From an uncultured Spirochaetota bacterium (GTDB taxonomy: Bacteria > Spirochaetota > Spirochaetia > SZUA-6 > CAVTHK01), in NCBI GenBank assembly GCA_963734495.1, contig CAVTHK010000010.1, forward strand, positions 292,568 to 356,567: a stretch of 64,000 bases of DNA. The letters run 5' to 3'. Shown piece after piece: positions 35,388 through 45,936 of this stretch. The first letter of the stretch is position 1. Every line of letters begins with the position of its first letter. Position numbers and translations under genes: made by a program. The notes beneath the pieces were generated by a model, which did not search any database, was not told the DNA's origin, and saw nothing but the letters and a program-made list of their open reading frames with translations.

Positions 35388-35427
35388 GTAAAGGGCACGA
35401 AATCGGCACGGCTCGTAGCGCCCCTAC
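35388..35427 (-). repeat. GTAG-tagged imperfect inverted repeat (REP-like) containing the stop codon of the upstream gene
   Basis: Minus strand reads GTAGGGGCGCTACGA...TCGTGCCCTTTAC. Confidence 0.5.
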
Positions 35428-36323
35428 GTCTTGCCCTTCGCCGCGAACGATACCTTTGCCAGCTTCTGGTACAGGAGCGCCACTGAGGCCGTGTCCTTGT
35501 CGCCGTGCTCCTCGAGGGCGAGGTTGTAAATCTGCTCGACCACCGAGGCGACGAGCGCGGGCGTGCCGAGCTTCTTGGCCACGGTCGTGATCACGCCGAG
35601 GTCCTTGGTCGCCAGCGACAGCTTGAATCCGGGGGTGTAGGTGCCGCTGAGCAGCATGGAGGACTTGGCGTTCAGCATCCGGCTGTCCGCGGTGGCGTTG
35701 TGGAGCACCTGGTAGAGCTCCTGCGGGTCGATCCCCGCCTTGACCGCAAGCGTGAACGCCTCTGAGATCGCCGCCATCTCGGCGCAGACGATCAGGTTGT
35801 TCGCCATCTTGGCCGCGAGGCCGAGGCCGTTGCCGCCGCAGTAGACGATCGCCTTGCCGAGCAGGTCGAGCAGGTCCCGATGCCTCTCGAACGCGGCCTT
35901 GTCGCCGCCGACCATGATGGCGAGGGAGGCGTTCTTCGCGCCGGCCACCCCTCCGCTGATGGGCGCGTCGAGAAGGGCGATGCCACTGGGCGCCAGCCGC
36001 TGCGCGAACTCCCGGCTCGCGGTCAGGTCGATCGTGCTGGTCTCGAAGATCACGGACCCGCGCTTGAGCCCGGCCGCGAGCCCGCCTTTGCCGAATATGA
36101 CCTCCTCGACCTCGGGCGTGTTCGGCAGCACGGTAAAGACCACGTCGCTCTTTTCCGCCACCTCGCGCCAGCTCTTGCACACCACCGCGCCCTTGCCGGC
36201 CAGCTCGTCGGCGGCGACGCGGCTGCGATGCACGCCCACGGCCACCCGGTGGCCCCCAGCCAGGATGTTCGCCGCCATCGGCGCTCCCATCGCTCCGAGC
36301 CCTACGAATCCGACGTTCTTCAC
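35424..36323 (-). CDS. Beta-hydroxyacid dehydrogenase (2-hydroxy-3-oxopropionate reductase/3-HIBADH family)
   Basis: GFVGLGAMG, LDAPISGG, IMVGG, AKMANN, GFKL and KDL. Confidence 0.88.
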   Translation of the reverse strand: MKNVGFVGLGAMGAPMAANILAGGHRVAVGVHRSRVAADELAGKGAVVCKSWREVAEKSDVVFTVLPNTPEVEEVIFGKGGLAAGLKRGSVIFETSTIDLTASREFAQRLAPSGIALLDAPISGGVAGAKNASLAIMVGGDKAAFERHRDLLDLLGKAIVYCGGNGLGLAAKMANNLIVCAEMAAISEAFTLAVKAGIDPQELYQVLHNATADSRMLNAKSSMLLSGTYTPGFKLSLATKDLGVITTVAKKLGTPALVASVVEQIYNLALEEHGDKDTASVALLYQKLAKVSFAAKGKT

Positions 36324-36406
36324 AGCCGCCCTCCTCGTTGCCTCGACTCTAATGGAATCCGCGCGCCTCGAAAAGCCCGGAAAAGCCCTGAAGAACCCGC
36401 GGCCGG

Positions 36407-36435
36407 TTGACAGCGGACCGGCACGACCCTAATTT
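36407..36435 (+). promoter_or_regulatory. Sigma70-type promoter for the Nudix gene
   Basis: TTGACA-17 bp-TAATTT, followed by a GGAGG RBS. Confidence 0.65.
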
Positions 36436-36451
36436 GGCCCGGGAGGAAGTG

Positions 36452-37117
36452 ATGCCGCGCGAGAGGATCGAAGACCTCGCGGCCCGCCTGCGGGAGCGGC
36501 TCGCCCCCGGAGGCCGCCCGCTTCCGGGAGCCGCGGTCCAGGGCCGCATGGCGCCCAGGCCCAGGCGGCAGCCCGGCGACCACGATCGGCTCACCGACGC
36601 GGCCGTGCTGATCCTCCTCTATCCGGCGGCCGGGACGGCGGCCGGGACGGCGGCCGCGCCGCGGAGCGGCGGGACGAGCCTCGTGCTCACCCGTCGCACG
36701 GACACGGTGGCCAGCCACCGCTCGCAGGTGTCCCTGCCCGGCGGCCGTCGCGAGGGAGACGAGAGCATCGAGCAGGCGGCCCTGCGTGAGTGCGCCGAAG
36801 AGCTGGCCGTCGACGGCCGCGCCGTGACCCTGCTCGGCAAGCTGAGCCCCCTCGAGGTGCCCGTGAGCGGTTTCCGCATTCACCCGGTCGTCGGCTTCAC
36901 CGCGGCGAGGCCGGCGTTCGTGCCCGACCCGCGCGAGGTGGCGGAAATCATCGAGGCGACGCTGGAGGAGCTGCCGGCGAGTGTCCGTGAGGAGATATGG
37001 GCTGAAGGGGACCGCACGCGCGAGGTGCCCTTCTACCTCGTCGCCGGCCACAAGGTCTGGGGGGCGACCGCGATGATCCTGAGCGAGCTGCTCGCGGTCG
37101 CGCAGGAGGGGGCCTGA
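36452..37117 (+). CDS. CoA pyrophosphatase, Nudix family
   Basis: AAVLILLY, LTRR..HRSQVSLPGG, ALRECAEELAV and VWGATA. Confidence 0.85.
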   Translation: MPRERIEDLAARLRERLAPGGRPLPGAAVQGRMAPRPRRQPGDHDRLTDAAVLILLYPAAGTAAGTAAAPRSGGTSLVLTRRTDTVASHRSQVSLPGGRREGDESIEQAALRECAEELAVDGRAVTLLGKLSPLEVPVSGFRIHPVVGFTAARPAFVPDPREVAEIIEATLEELPASVREEIWAEGDRTREVPFYLVAGHKVWGATAMILSELLAVAQEGA

Positions 37118-37131
37118 CGACCCGGCCCCGG

Positions 37132-38115
37132 CTACTTCGGGACGCGGCCCCCGAGCTCCTCGGTCACGAACTCGCCGATGATCTCCTCGATCGAGGCGTC
37201 TCCGCTGAACCCCATGGCCTCCGCGCGCCGCGCCACCAGCTGCTGCGGCCACGTCTCGACGAGGGACTGGATGCGAGGGTCGAGCTTCCACTGGACGCGG
37301 TCCGCGACGCGGTCCCCGGCCATGCGCCGCAGCGCGTCGACCATCTCGCCGACCGTGGGATTGAGACCCGGCAGCAGCAGGACGCGGTTCGTGCCGAAGG
37401 CCGCCCCGTCCAGGTCGTAGGCGTGCACGAGCGCATCGATCACGCGCCTCGGCGACATGATGGGCATGTAGACGCCGCGGTTGACGGGGCAGACCGTGGT
37501 CTCGCCCGTGAGCGGCTCGCGGATCACGGAGCTCACGAATGACGACGCCGCCGCGTTGGGCCGGCCGGGCCGCACCGCGATCGTCGGCAGCCGCAGGGCG
37601 CGGCCGTCGATGAACCCCTTGCGGGTGTACTCGTTGACGAGGTGCTCGCAGATCGTCTTCTGTATCCCGTAGGAGTTCCGGGGGGTGACAGGGGTCCGGT
37701 CGTCGCAGACCTTCTCTCCCCCGTAGATCGCGAGCGAGCTCGTGAATATGACGCGCGGAATGCGGCCGCCTGCACGGCAGGCCTCGAGGACGTTGCGCGT
37801 GCCTTCGAGGTTCACGCGCATCCCCAGGTCGAAATCCGCCTCGGCGGCGCCGCTCATCACGCCGGCCAGGTGGAAGACGCCGTCGGTCCGCGCGTCTACG
37901 ACCGCCCGAACCTGCGACGCGTCCGTGATGTCGCCGCTGCGGCAGTCGCAGGCGACGTCTCCTGCGGGAGCCTCGGGCCGCACCATGTCGAAGAGCACCA
38001 GCTCGGTCAGCGGCTGCTGCCTGCCGTCCGCGCCCGAAAGCGTGCGCTTGGCCAGGAGCCTCGACACGAGCCTCCGGCCGAGGAACCCCGCGGCGCCGGT
38101 GATGACGAGCTTCAC
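37132..38115 (-). CDS. denD: D-erythronate dehydrogenase-like extended SDR
   Basis: TGAAGFLG, FHLAGVMSGAAEADFDLG, YGIQK and RPGRPNAAASSF..IREPL. Confidence 0.8.
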   Translation of the reverse strand: MKLVITGAAGFLGRRLVSRLLAKRTLSGADGRQQPLTELVLFDMVRPEAPAGDVACDCRSGDITDASQVRAVVDARTDGVFHLAGVMSGAAEADFDLGMRVNLEGTRNVLEACRAGGRIPRVIFTSSLAIYGGEKVCDDRTPVTPRNSYGIQKTICEHLVNEYTRKGFIDGRALRLPTIAVRPGRPNAAASSFVSSVIREPLTGETTVCPVNRGVYMPIMSPRRVIDALVHAYDLDGAAFGTNRVLLLPGLNPTVGEMVDALRRMAGDRVADRVQWKLDPRIQSLVETWPQQLVARRAEAMGFSGDASIEEIIGEFVTEELGGRVPK

Positions 38116-38234
38116 GTTCCACCTCCCCTGCGACCGCAGTATAGCGGCAAACCGCGGGCGGGGTCGAGGCAGAGCGCTGCGCGCGCGATCCGCAGGCGCC
38201 GCCTGCCGATACTGTCGATGAAGGGAGCAGACTC

Positions 38235-41073
38235 TTGCCCGCGCTGTTCTGGATCGACGTGGCAGGGCTCGCGGCGTGCGCCCTGGGCTCACTCACGCTG
38301 GGGCTTTTCGTGCTCAGCCTCGGCCCCGGGCGCATCATCAACCGCTGGTTCGTTGCCTTCGCCCTGGCCAACGCGGCGTGGGTCTTCTTCACCCTTCTCC
38401 TGCGCCTTTCCCTCTGGCTGAACCTGTGGGACCCTCAGCTCCTGCTCGAGCTCGCGACGCTGGCGCTGTGCCTGGCCGGGCCCACCCTGCTGCTGTTCGC
38501 CCGGCGCTACACCCGCAGCGACGCCCGCTTCCTCGACGCAGCGGCTGGCGCGTCCCTGGCCGTGACCGCGGTGCTGGCCGTTCCGCTGTTCCAGCACCGC
38601 CTCATCCACAGCGTAGGTCTCGCGTCGAGCGGCGTCACCGTGGCTGTCGTCACCCCCTACGCGGCGGTGGCAGCGGCCGCCCCGCTCCTGCCCATCGTCC
38701 TCGCCGCGGCTGTGTTCTGGCGCCACCGCGCGCAGACCGGGGAACGCTACCTCGCAGCGAGCGCCGCCGCCTTCGCGGCCGGCTTTGTCGTGGGAGGCGT
38801 GCTGCAGGTTCCCTTTCCCGTGCTGTCCATGACGAACGCCGTCAGCGTGCTGCTGGTAGGGTATGCGATCGTGCGCCGGCAGCTCATGAACCCGCTGCGC
38901 GAGCTCACCGAGGACCTCGAGCGCAAGGTCGCGGAGCGCAGCCGGCAGCTGGAAGACGCGTACCGGGAAGTGGAAAAGCGCGTCGAGGAGCGCACCGCGC
39001 AGCTCCAGCGGGAGATCGCCGAGCGCCGCAACGCCGAGGAGGTGCTGCGCGAGTCTGAGGAAAAGTTCCGCAACCTCGCGGAGCAGTCGCCCAACATGAT
39101 CTTCATCAATGCCGGCGGGCGGGTGGTCTACGCCAACCGCAGGTGCGAGGAGGTCATGGGGTACTCCCGCGCCGAGTTCTACTCGCCGAGGTTCGACTTC
39201 TTTGTCCTGATCGCGCCCGAGTCGCTGGACGTGGTCAGAAACGCGTACGCCCGCCACACGCAGGACCAGGAAGTGCCGCCCTACGAGTACGCCCTGCTCA
39301 CCAAGGAGGGACGCAGGATCGAGGTGCTCAACGCGAGCAAGGTCATACGGTACGGCGGCCAGGCCGCCATCCTGGGCGTCATCGCGGAGATCGGCGCCCG
39401 CAAGCGCACCGAGCGGCTGCTCGCGGGCCTGAACGAGGTCGCCCTCGGGATGACGCGCGCCATGACGCCCGAGGAAGGCCTCGAGCAGGCGACCGGCCGG
39501 CTCGCCTCCCTGGGCTTCTTCGCGTGCGTCTACCTCGTCTCCGACGAGCGCGGGTCGCTCGAGCTGCGCAGCTACGCGGGGCAGAGCTCGGAGGACCCGC
39601 CGTACAAGCCGGCAGCGGAGCTCGCGCTGACCTCGCGGACACTGGCGGTGCGCATCATGGAAGAGAAGCGCGCCCTCGCGGTCGCCGCCGACGAGGTGCC
39701 GGAGCTGTCGCCTCCCCGCATGGGCGGCGTCGTCCTGGCGCCGCTCGTGGTGGAGCATGAGGCGGTGGGCTTGCTTTCGGTCGCCTCGCCCGACATTTCC
39801 GACGAGGACGTCCCGACGGTGACCGCGTACGCGAACCTTGTGGCAGCTTCCTGGCGGAAGACCCGCCTGATGAAGGAGCTCGGGGAGAGCCTCGAGCAGC
39901 TGCAGCGCACGCAGGCGCAGCTCGTCCAGTCGCAGAAGATGGAGGCCATCGGCCGGCTCGCGGGCGGGCTCGCGCACGACTTTAACAACGTGCTCACGGC
40001 CATCACGGGCTACGCCGACCTCGCCATCGGCAGCGGCGGCCTCGACCCGGAGCTGCGCGAAGACTTGAGCGAGATCCGCCGCGCCGCGGGCCGGGCTTCG
40101 GCGCTGACACGGCAGCTCCTCACCTTCGGGCGCAAGCAGCCCCTCCAGCCCAAGACCGTGGACCTCAACGCGATCGTCCTGGGCATGGACAAGATGCTCA
40201 GGCGGCTGATCCCTGAGGACATCGATCTGAGGACGGCGCTGGCCGACGGCCTCGGAAGCGTCCGCGCCGACCCGGGGCAGGTCGAGCAGGTGATCCTCAA
40301 CCTCGCCGTCAACGCGCGCGACGCGATGCCCGAAGGCGGGCGACTCACGATCGAGACCGCGAACGTCGAGCTGGACGAGCTCTACACGCGGCGCTATCCC
40401 GGCGTACGGCCCGCCTCCTACGTCATGCTCGCGGTGACCGACACCGGCGTCGGCATGGACGCCGAGACGCAGCAGCACCTCTTCGAGCCCTTCTTCACCA
40501 CCAAGCTGCCCGGAACCGGGACGGGGCTCGGCCTCTCGACGGTCTACGGAATCGTGAAGCAGAGCGGCGGGCACGTCTCGGTGTACAGCGAGCCGGGCCG
40601 CGGCTCGACGTTCAAGGTCTACCTCCCGAAGGTCGTCGCGGCGGTGGCCGATGAGGGCGGCGGGCAGGCGGAGCCTGCGGCCGTTGCGGGCTCCGAGACC
40701 GTGCTCGTTGTGGAGGACGAGCCGGTGTTGAGGAACCTGGTGCGGAGGATCCTCGCGCGCAGCGGCTACGACGTGCTTACGGCATCGAACGCCGACGAGG
40801 CGATTCGGGTCGCGGACGCCCACCCCTCGGCGATCCACCTGATGGTCACGGACGTCGTGATGCCGGGCGCGATGAACGGCCGGGACCTGGGCGCGCTACC
40901 TCTGCGCCCGCAGGCCGCAGATGCGCGTGCTCTACATGTCGGGCTACGCCGAGAACGCCATCGTCCACCAGGGCATCCTCGACCGCGACGTGGCGTTCCT
41001 GCCCAAGCCCTTCAGCCCCTCCAACCTGATCGACAAGGTGCACGCCGTCCTGGCAGCGCCCCCGCGGAGCTGA
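38235..41073 (+). CDS. Hybrid sensor histidine kinase (7TM-PAS-GAF-HisKA-HATPase-REC); frameshift near 40895
   Basis: Seven hydrophobic N-terminal segments, EEKFRNLAE PAS, AHDFNN H-box, NARDAM, FEPFFTTK, GTGLGL, VVEDE, TDVVMP and KPF. Confidence 0.9.
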
Positions 41074-41185
41074 TCCGTTCGCGGGCGGCCCCGGTCCTTG
41101 TTCGCCTCCCCGCAGATCGGATAGTCTCTGTCCGACGCCGGCGCCCCGGCCGCGGCGCGCGCCGGCACTGACGAGGAGGAAGCAG

Positions 41186-41969
41186 GTGAGTCAACCCAAC
41201 CCCAAGGAAGCGTTCTCGCTCGCCGGCAAGGTCGCGATCGTGACCGGAGGCGCCATCGGGCTCGGCCGCACAATGGCGGAGTACCTCGCCGCGTTCGGGG
41301 CGAACGTGGCCGTCGTGGACCTGGACGAGGCGGGCGCGAACAAAGCGGCGCGCGAGATCGCCTCCTCTCAAGGCGTGCGCGCCATCGGCTGCCGCTGCAA
41401 CGTGGCCTCCGTCCGCGAAATCCAGGCGGCCGTCGACCGCGTCGTCGCGGAGCTCGGCACCGTCGACATCCTCCTGAACAACGCCGGGATCAATGTCCGC
41501 GAGCCCGCGCTGGAGGTCTCGGAGGAGCACTGGGACCGCATCCTCGACGTCAACCTCAAGGGGATGTTCTTTTTCGCGCAGGCGGCCGGCCGCGTCATGG
41601 TGCCCAGGCGCAGCGGCAAGATCATCAACATGTCGTCGATCCAGGGCGTGATCGCCCACAAGTTGCGAAGCGCCTACGCCTCGAGCAAGGGGGGCGTCAT
41701 CGCCATGACCCGCCAGCTCGCGATCGAGTGGGCGCAGCACAACATACAGGTCAACTCGATCGCGCCGTCCTTCTTCGTGACGCCCATGAACAAGCCGCTG
41801 TTCGACGACAAGGAGTTCAGCGCCTTCATCGACTCTCACACGCCGCTCGGAAGGCCCGGGGAGCCGCACGAGCTCGGCGGCGTCGTGGTGTTTCTCGCCT
41901 CCGCGGCTTCGAGCTTCGTCACCGGGCACACGCTGATGGTCGACGGCGGCATTGACGGCGACGGGCTGA
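41186..41969 (+). CDS. SDR oxidoreductase (gluconate 5-dehydrogenase/KduD-like); probable frameshift at the extreme 3' end
   Basis: TGGAIGLG, NNAG, YASSK and VTGHTLMVDGG. Confidence 0.87.
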
Positions 41970-42020
41970 GCCCGGTCGCCGGCGCCGCGGGTCGGATCGT
42001 GAGCCAGGACTCGCCCGGAG

Positions 42021-43316
42021 CTATCCGGCGCGCCGGTCGATCACCCGCTTCATCTTGCCGCCCGTGGAGCGCGCGATGGTCTTGGGCTCCACGAAGGTGA
42101 CGCGCGCCGCGACGCCCAGCCGTCTCTCGAGGGTCTGCTGGATGGTGCGGCCGAGGATCTGCAGCCCGCCGAGCTGGTCCGCGAAACGCGCGGGCACTTC
42201 GAGCCGGATCTCGAGGGTGTCGATGCCGGCCTGCCGGTCGAGAACGAGGAGGTAGTGCGGATCGACGCCCTCGGTCTCGAGCAGGACCTGCTCGATGTCC
42301 GAGGGCATGACGTTGACTCCGCCCACGAAGATCATGTCGTCGCTGCGTCCCGCGACACGGCTCATGCGGGCGAGCGTCCGCCCGCAGGCGCACGGCTCGG
42401 TGGACAGCGACGCGAGGTCGCCGGTGCGGAAGCGGATGAGCGGGAAACCCTGCTTGGTGATGGTCGTGAACACCAGCTCTCCCACCTCGCCGGGCGCGAC
42501 CCGATCGCCGGTCGCGGGTTTCACGACTTCGACGATAAAGTGATCCTCGTTCACGTGCAGCCCGCAGCGCGCGTCGCACTCGAACGACACCCCCGGACCC
42601 ATGATCTCCGTGGTGCCGTAGTTGTCGAAGGCCTTGACGCGCAGGCCCTGCTCGATCTGCGCGCGCAGCCCCTCGCTCCACGGCTCCGCGCCGAGGACGG
42701 CGGTCCTGAGGTGCAGCTCCTCGGGGTGGATGCGCAGGTCGGACAGGGTCGTCGATATGTGCAGGGCGTAGCCGGGGGCGCTCACCAAAGCCGACGTCTT
42801 GTAGTCGCGCATGATGGTGATCTGCGTCGCGATGTCCTCGGTGGAGGCGGGCACGACCGAGGCCCCCAGCCGCTCGGCCCCGTAGTGGAAGCCGAGGGCG
42901 GCGGTCGTGACGTTGTAGTTGAAGGCGATCTGCACGAGATCCGACGCGGTGATGCCGGCCGCGGTCAGGACGCGGGCGGTGAGCGAGGCCCAGATGGAGA
43001 GATCGTTGCGGGTGTAGCCGACGACGATGGGCTTCCCGGTCGTCCCCGACGTCGAGTGGATGCGCACGATGTCGCGAAGCGGCACCGCGAACATGCCGTA
43101 GGGGTAGGCCCGGCGCAGATCGTCCTTTGTGGTAAAGGGCAGCCGCTCCAGGTCCGAGAGGCTGCGGACGCTCTCGCTCGCGATCCCGTGACGCTCGAAG
43201 CTCTCCCGGTAGAACGCGACGTTGCGGATCACGCGGTTGATGGTGGCCTGCAGCCGCTCCACCTGCAGCTGCTCGAGGTCCTCGCGCAGCATGGCCTCGT
43301 ATTCCCTCGAGTACAT
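42021..43316 (-). CDS. paaK: Phenylacetate-CoA ligase family protein (divergent)
   Basis: LPFTTKDDLR, HSTSGTTG, GAEPW, RFRTGD and GRSDDM. Confidence 0.85.
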   Translation of the reverse strand: MYSREYEAMLREDLEQLQVERLQATINRVIRNVAFYRESFERHGIASESVRSLSDLERLPFTTKDDLRRAYPYGMFAVPLRDIVRIHSTSGTTGKPIVVGYTRNDLSIWASLTARVLTAAGITASDLVQIAFNYNVTTAALGFHYGAERLGASVVPASTEDIATQITIMRDYKTSALVSAPGYALHISTTLSDLRIHPEELHLRTAVLGAEPWSEGLRAQIEQGLRVKAFDNYGTTEIMGPGVSFECDARCGLHVNEDHFIVEVVKPATGDRVAPGEVGELVFTTITKQGFPLIRFRTGDLASLSTEPCACGRTLARMSRVAGRSDDMIFVGGVNVMPSDIEQVLLETEGVDPHYLLVLDRQAGIDTLEIRLEVPARFADQLGGLQILGRTIQQTLERRLGVAARVTFVEPKTIARSTGGKMKRVIDRRAG

Positions 43317-43365
43317 CGGTCCCTCCTCGGCCGCGGCGCGGCCCGGGCCCGCCGCCGGCGCCGGG

Positions 43366-44097
43366 CTATTCCCCGACGCTCCGGTATTCCTTGCCCAGGT
43401 ACGCGCGCTGCACGTCCTGGTTCTCGAGCAGCTCGGGGCCCGATCCCTCAAGGACGATCGAGCCGGTCTCCATCACGTAGCCCCGATCGGCGATGGCCAG
43501 CGCCGCCCGCGCATTCTGCTCGACCAGCAGCACGGTGCGGCCCGCGGCGCGCAGCCCCTTGATGACCTCCATGATGTCGCGGACGACGAGCGGCGCGAGC
43601 CCCATCGATGGCTCGTCGAGCATCACCAGGCGCGGCGCGGACATCAGCGAGCGCCCGATCGCGAGCATCTGCTGCTCGCCCCCCGAAAGCGTCCCCGCGA
43701 GCTGGTCGAGCCTCTCCCGGAGGCGCGGAAACGTCCGGTACACCTCGTCCAGGGCCCGGTCCCGGTCGTAGCCGCCGCGGCGCCCGCGCAGGTAGCCGCC
43801 GAGCACCAGGTTCTCGCGCACTGACATCGAAGGGAAGAGCTGCCTTCCCTCCGGCACCAGCGAGCAGCCGCGGGCCACGATCGACTCGGCCGCGGCGCCG
43901 GCGACCTCCTCGCCGCCGATCACGATCGAGCCGGCGCTCGGCGGGACGAGCCCCGCGATCGTCGCGAGCAGCGTGGACTTGCCCGCGCCGTTGCCGCCGA
44001 TGATGGTCACGATCTCCCCGGCGTTGACGTGCAGCGACACGCCCTGCAGGACCCGCAGCTTCCCGTATCCGGCCTCAATATTCCGCAGCTTCAGCAT
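43366..44097 (-). CDS. livF: Liv-type ABC ATPase (LivF)
   Basis: GGNGAGKST, LSGGEQQML and LDEPSMGL. Confidence 0.9.
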   Translation of the reverse strand: MLKLRNIEAGYGKLRVLQGVSLHVNAGEIVTIIGGNGAGKSTLLATIAGLVPPSAGSIVIGGEEVAGAAAESIVARGCSLVPEGRQLFPSMSVRENLVLGGYLRGRRGGYDRDRALDEVYRTFPRLRERLDQLAGTLSGGEQQMLAIGRSLMSAPRLVMLDEPSMGLAPLVVRDIMEVIKGLRAAGRTVLLVEQNARAALAIADRGYVMETGSIVLEGSGPELLENQDVQRAYLGKEYRSVGE

Positions 44098-44857
44098 GGT
44101 CCTGCCCCAGGTAGATGTCGATGACCTCGCGGTTGCGCCTGACCTCGCGCGGGGTCCCCTCCGCGATCTTGCGCCCGTAGTTGAGCACCACGATCGAATC
44201 CGAGATGTCCATCACCAGCGACATGTCGTGCTCGACCAGCAGCACCGTGACCCCCATGTCGCGGATCCCGCGGATGCGGACGGCGAGCTCCGAGGTTTCG
44301 CGGATGTTCAGGCCGGAGGCCGGCTCATCCAGCAGGAGCAGCCGCGGCTCCGCTGCGAGCGCCCTCGCGAGCTCCACGGCCCGCTGCCGGCCGAAGGGCA
44401 GGGCGGCGGCCTCGACCTCCGCAGCGTCGCCCAGGCCGAAGCGCTCGAGCAGCTCGAAGGCCCGGGCGCGGATGGCCCGCTCTTCCCTCCCGCTCGCCGG
44501 CAGATGAAGCATGCTCGAAACGAAGCCGGCGCTGCTCCTGAGGTGACGGCCGAGCATCACGCTGTCCAGCACGCTCATCCCCGGCGCGAGCCGCACGTTC
44601 TGGAAGGTCCGCGCGATCCCGGCCGAAGCCACCTGATGGATGCGCATCCCCGAAATCCTGCGTCCCGCGAACGAGACGATGCCCGAGCTCGCCTTGAGGC
44701 TCCCGGCGATCAGGTTGAAGAGCGTGGTCTTGCCGGCGCCGTTCGGCCCGATCACCGCCTTGATCTCGCCCTCGGTCTCGCCGAACGAGACGTCGTTGAC
44801 AGCGTGCAGCCCGCCGAAAAAACGATTCAGACCGGAGACCTCGAGCAGCGCGCTCAC
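44075..44857 (-). CDS. livG: Liv-type ABC ATPase (LivG)
   Basis: GPNGAGKTT, RTFQN, LDEPASGL and VEHDM. Confidence 0.9.
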   Translation of the reverse strand: MSALLEVSGLNRFFGGLHAVNDVSFGETEGEIKAVIGPNGAGKTTLFNLIAGSLKASSGIVSFAGRRISGMRIHQVASAGIARTFQNVRLAPGMSVLDSVMLGRHLRSSAGFVSSMLHLPASGREERAIRARAFELLERFGLGDAAEVEAAALPFGRQRAVELARALAAEPRLLLLDEPASGLNIRETSELAVRIRGIRDMGVTVLLVEHDMSLVMDISDSIVVLNYGRKIAEGTPREVRRNREVIDIYLGQDHAEAAEY

Positions 44858-45936
44858 CGCCGCCCCCTCGCGCCGAAAGCGCGCCGCAGCCGGCCCAGCG
44901 GCGCCAGCAGCCGCTCGCGCAGGCCCCCTCCGGCGCTCCCCTCGCCGAGGATCATGATCGCGATCAGGGCGAGCCCGAACACCGCGTCGTCGTAGGTGCC
45001 GAACGCGCCGCGCAGGGACAGGAAGTTCAGCAGCACGCCCAGGCCGAGCGCGCTCCAGACGTTGGCCATGCCGCCGATCGCCACGATCGCGACGTAGCGG
45101 ACGCTCTTCATGACGCCCGCCTCCGACGGTCCGATGCCCGCGTTGTAGTGGGTCATGAAGAAGCCGCCGACGGCCGCATAGAGGGCGCTGAGGACAAAAG
45201 CCGTCAGCTTCAGGCGCGCGGTGTCCACGCCGGCCGCGCCGGCCGCCTCCTCGCTTCCGTGCAGCGATCGGAGGGCGCGCCCGATGCGCGAGTTCACCAG
45301 GTTGACCGCGAGCAGCATGCCGACGATCACCAGCCCCCAGGCGATGTAGTAGTTGGTCACGCGCGCCGCGAAGCTGCCGCTGACGGCCAGCCCCGGGGCG
45401 AGGGCGAACTCCGGAACACCGGTGATCCCGTCGGCTTCGCCAAAGAGGCGCGTGCCGAGCGCCACGCGGTACACGATCGTGCCGAAGCCGAGCGTCGCCA
45501 TGGCGAGGTAATGCCCGCGCAGCTTGAGGACGGGCCAGCCGATGACCAGGGCCACGACGGCCGCGACGACGAGGGCCGCGGCGAACGCGAGCCACGGCGA
45601 GAGGTGGAGCACGGCGCCGCCGTAGGCGTCGCGGCCCGGGACGAGGAGCCCGAGCCGCCGCAGCAGCGCGGCGGCCGGCAGGTCGGCGGCCGCAACCATG
45701 TTCCGCGTGGTGAGGACCGCCGTCGTGTACCCGCCGATGGCGAAGAATCCCGCGTGCCCGAGGGAGATCTGGCCGCAGTATCCGAGCAGGAGGGCCAGCC
45801 CGATCACGACGAGCCCGTAGTAAGCCGCCATCGTGAGCTGCGTCAGGTAGAAGCCGGCGTCGAAGGCCGCGGTCAGGAGCTGCACGGCGATGACCGCCGC
45901 AGCCAGCGCCAGCAGCCGCCGCGCGGAGGCGCCCAT
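44854..45936 (-). CDS. livM: Liv-type ABC permease (LivM)
   Basis: GYCGQISLGHAGF, LRGHYLAMATLGF and IGRALRS. Confidence 0.9.
   Translation of the reverse strand: MGASARRLLALAAAVIAVQLLTAAFDAGFYLTQLTMAAYYGLVVIGLALLLGYCGQISLGHAGFFAIGGYTTAVLTTRNMVAAADLPAAALLRRLGLLVPGRDAYGGAVLHLSPWLAFAAALVVAAVVALVIGWPVLKLRGHYLAMATLGFGTIVYRVALGTRLFGEADGITGVPEFALAPGLAVSGSFAARVTNYYIAWGLVIVGMLLAVNLVNSRIGRALRSLHGSEEAAGAAGVDTARLKLTAFVLSALYAAVGGFFMTHYNAGIGPSEAGVMKSVRYVAIVAIGGMANVWSALGLGVLLNFLSLRGAFGTYDDAVFGLALIAIMILGEGSAGGGLRERLLAPLGRLRRAFGARGRR

Noticed and set aside
36624..36656. 12-bp in-frame microrepeat in the Nudix gene (AAGT x2.75)
   Set aside because: Ordinary slippage in a loop region with no evidence of phase variation
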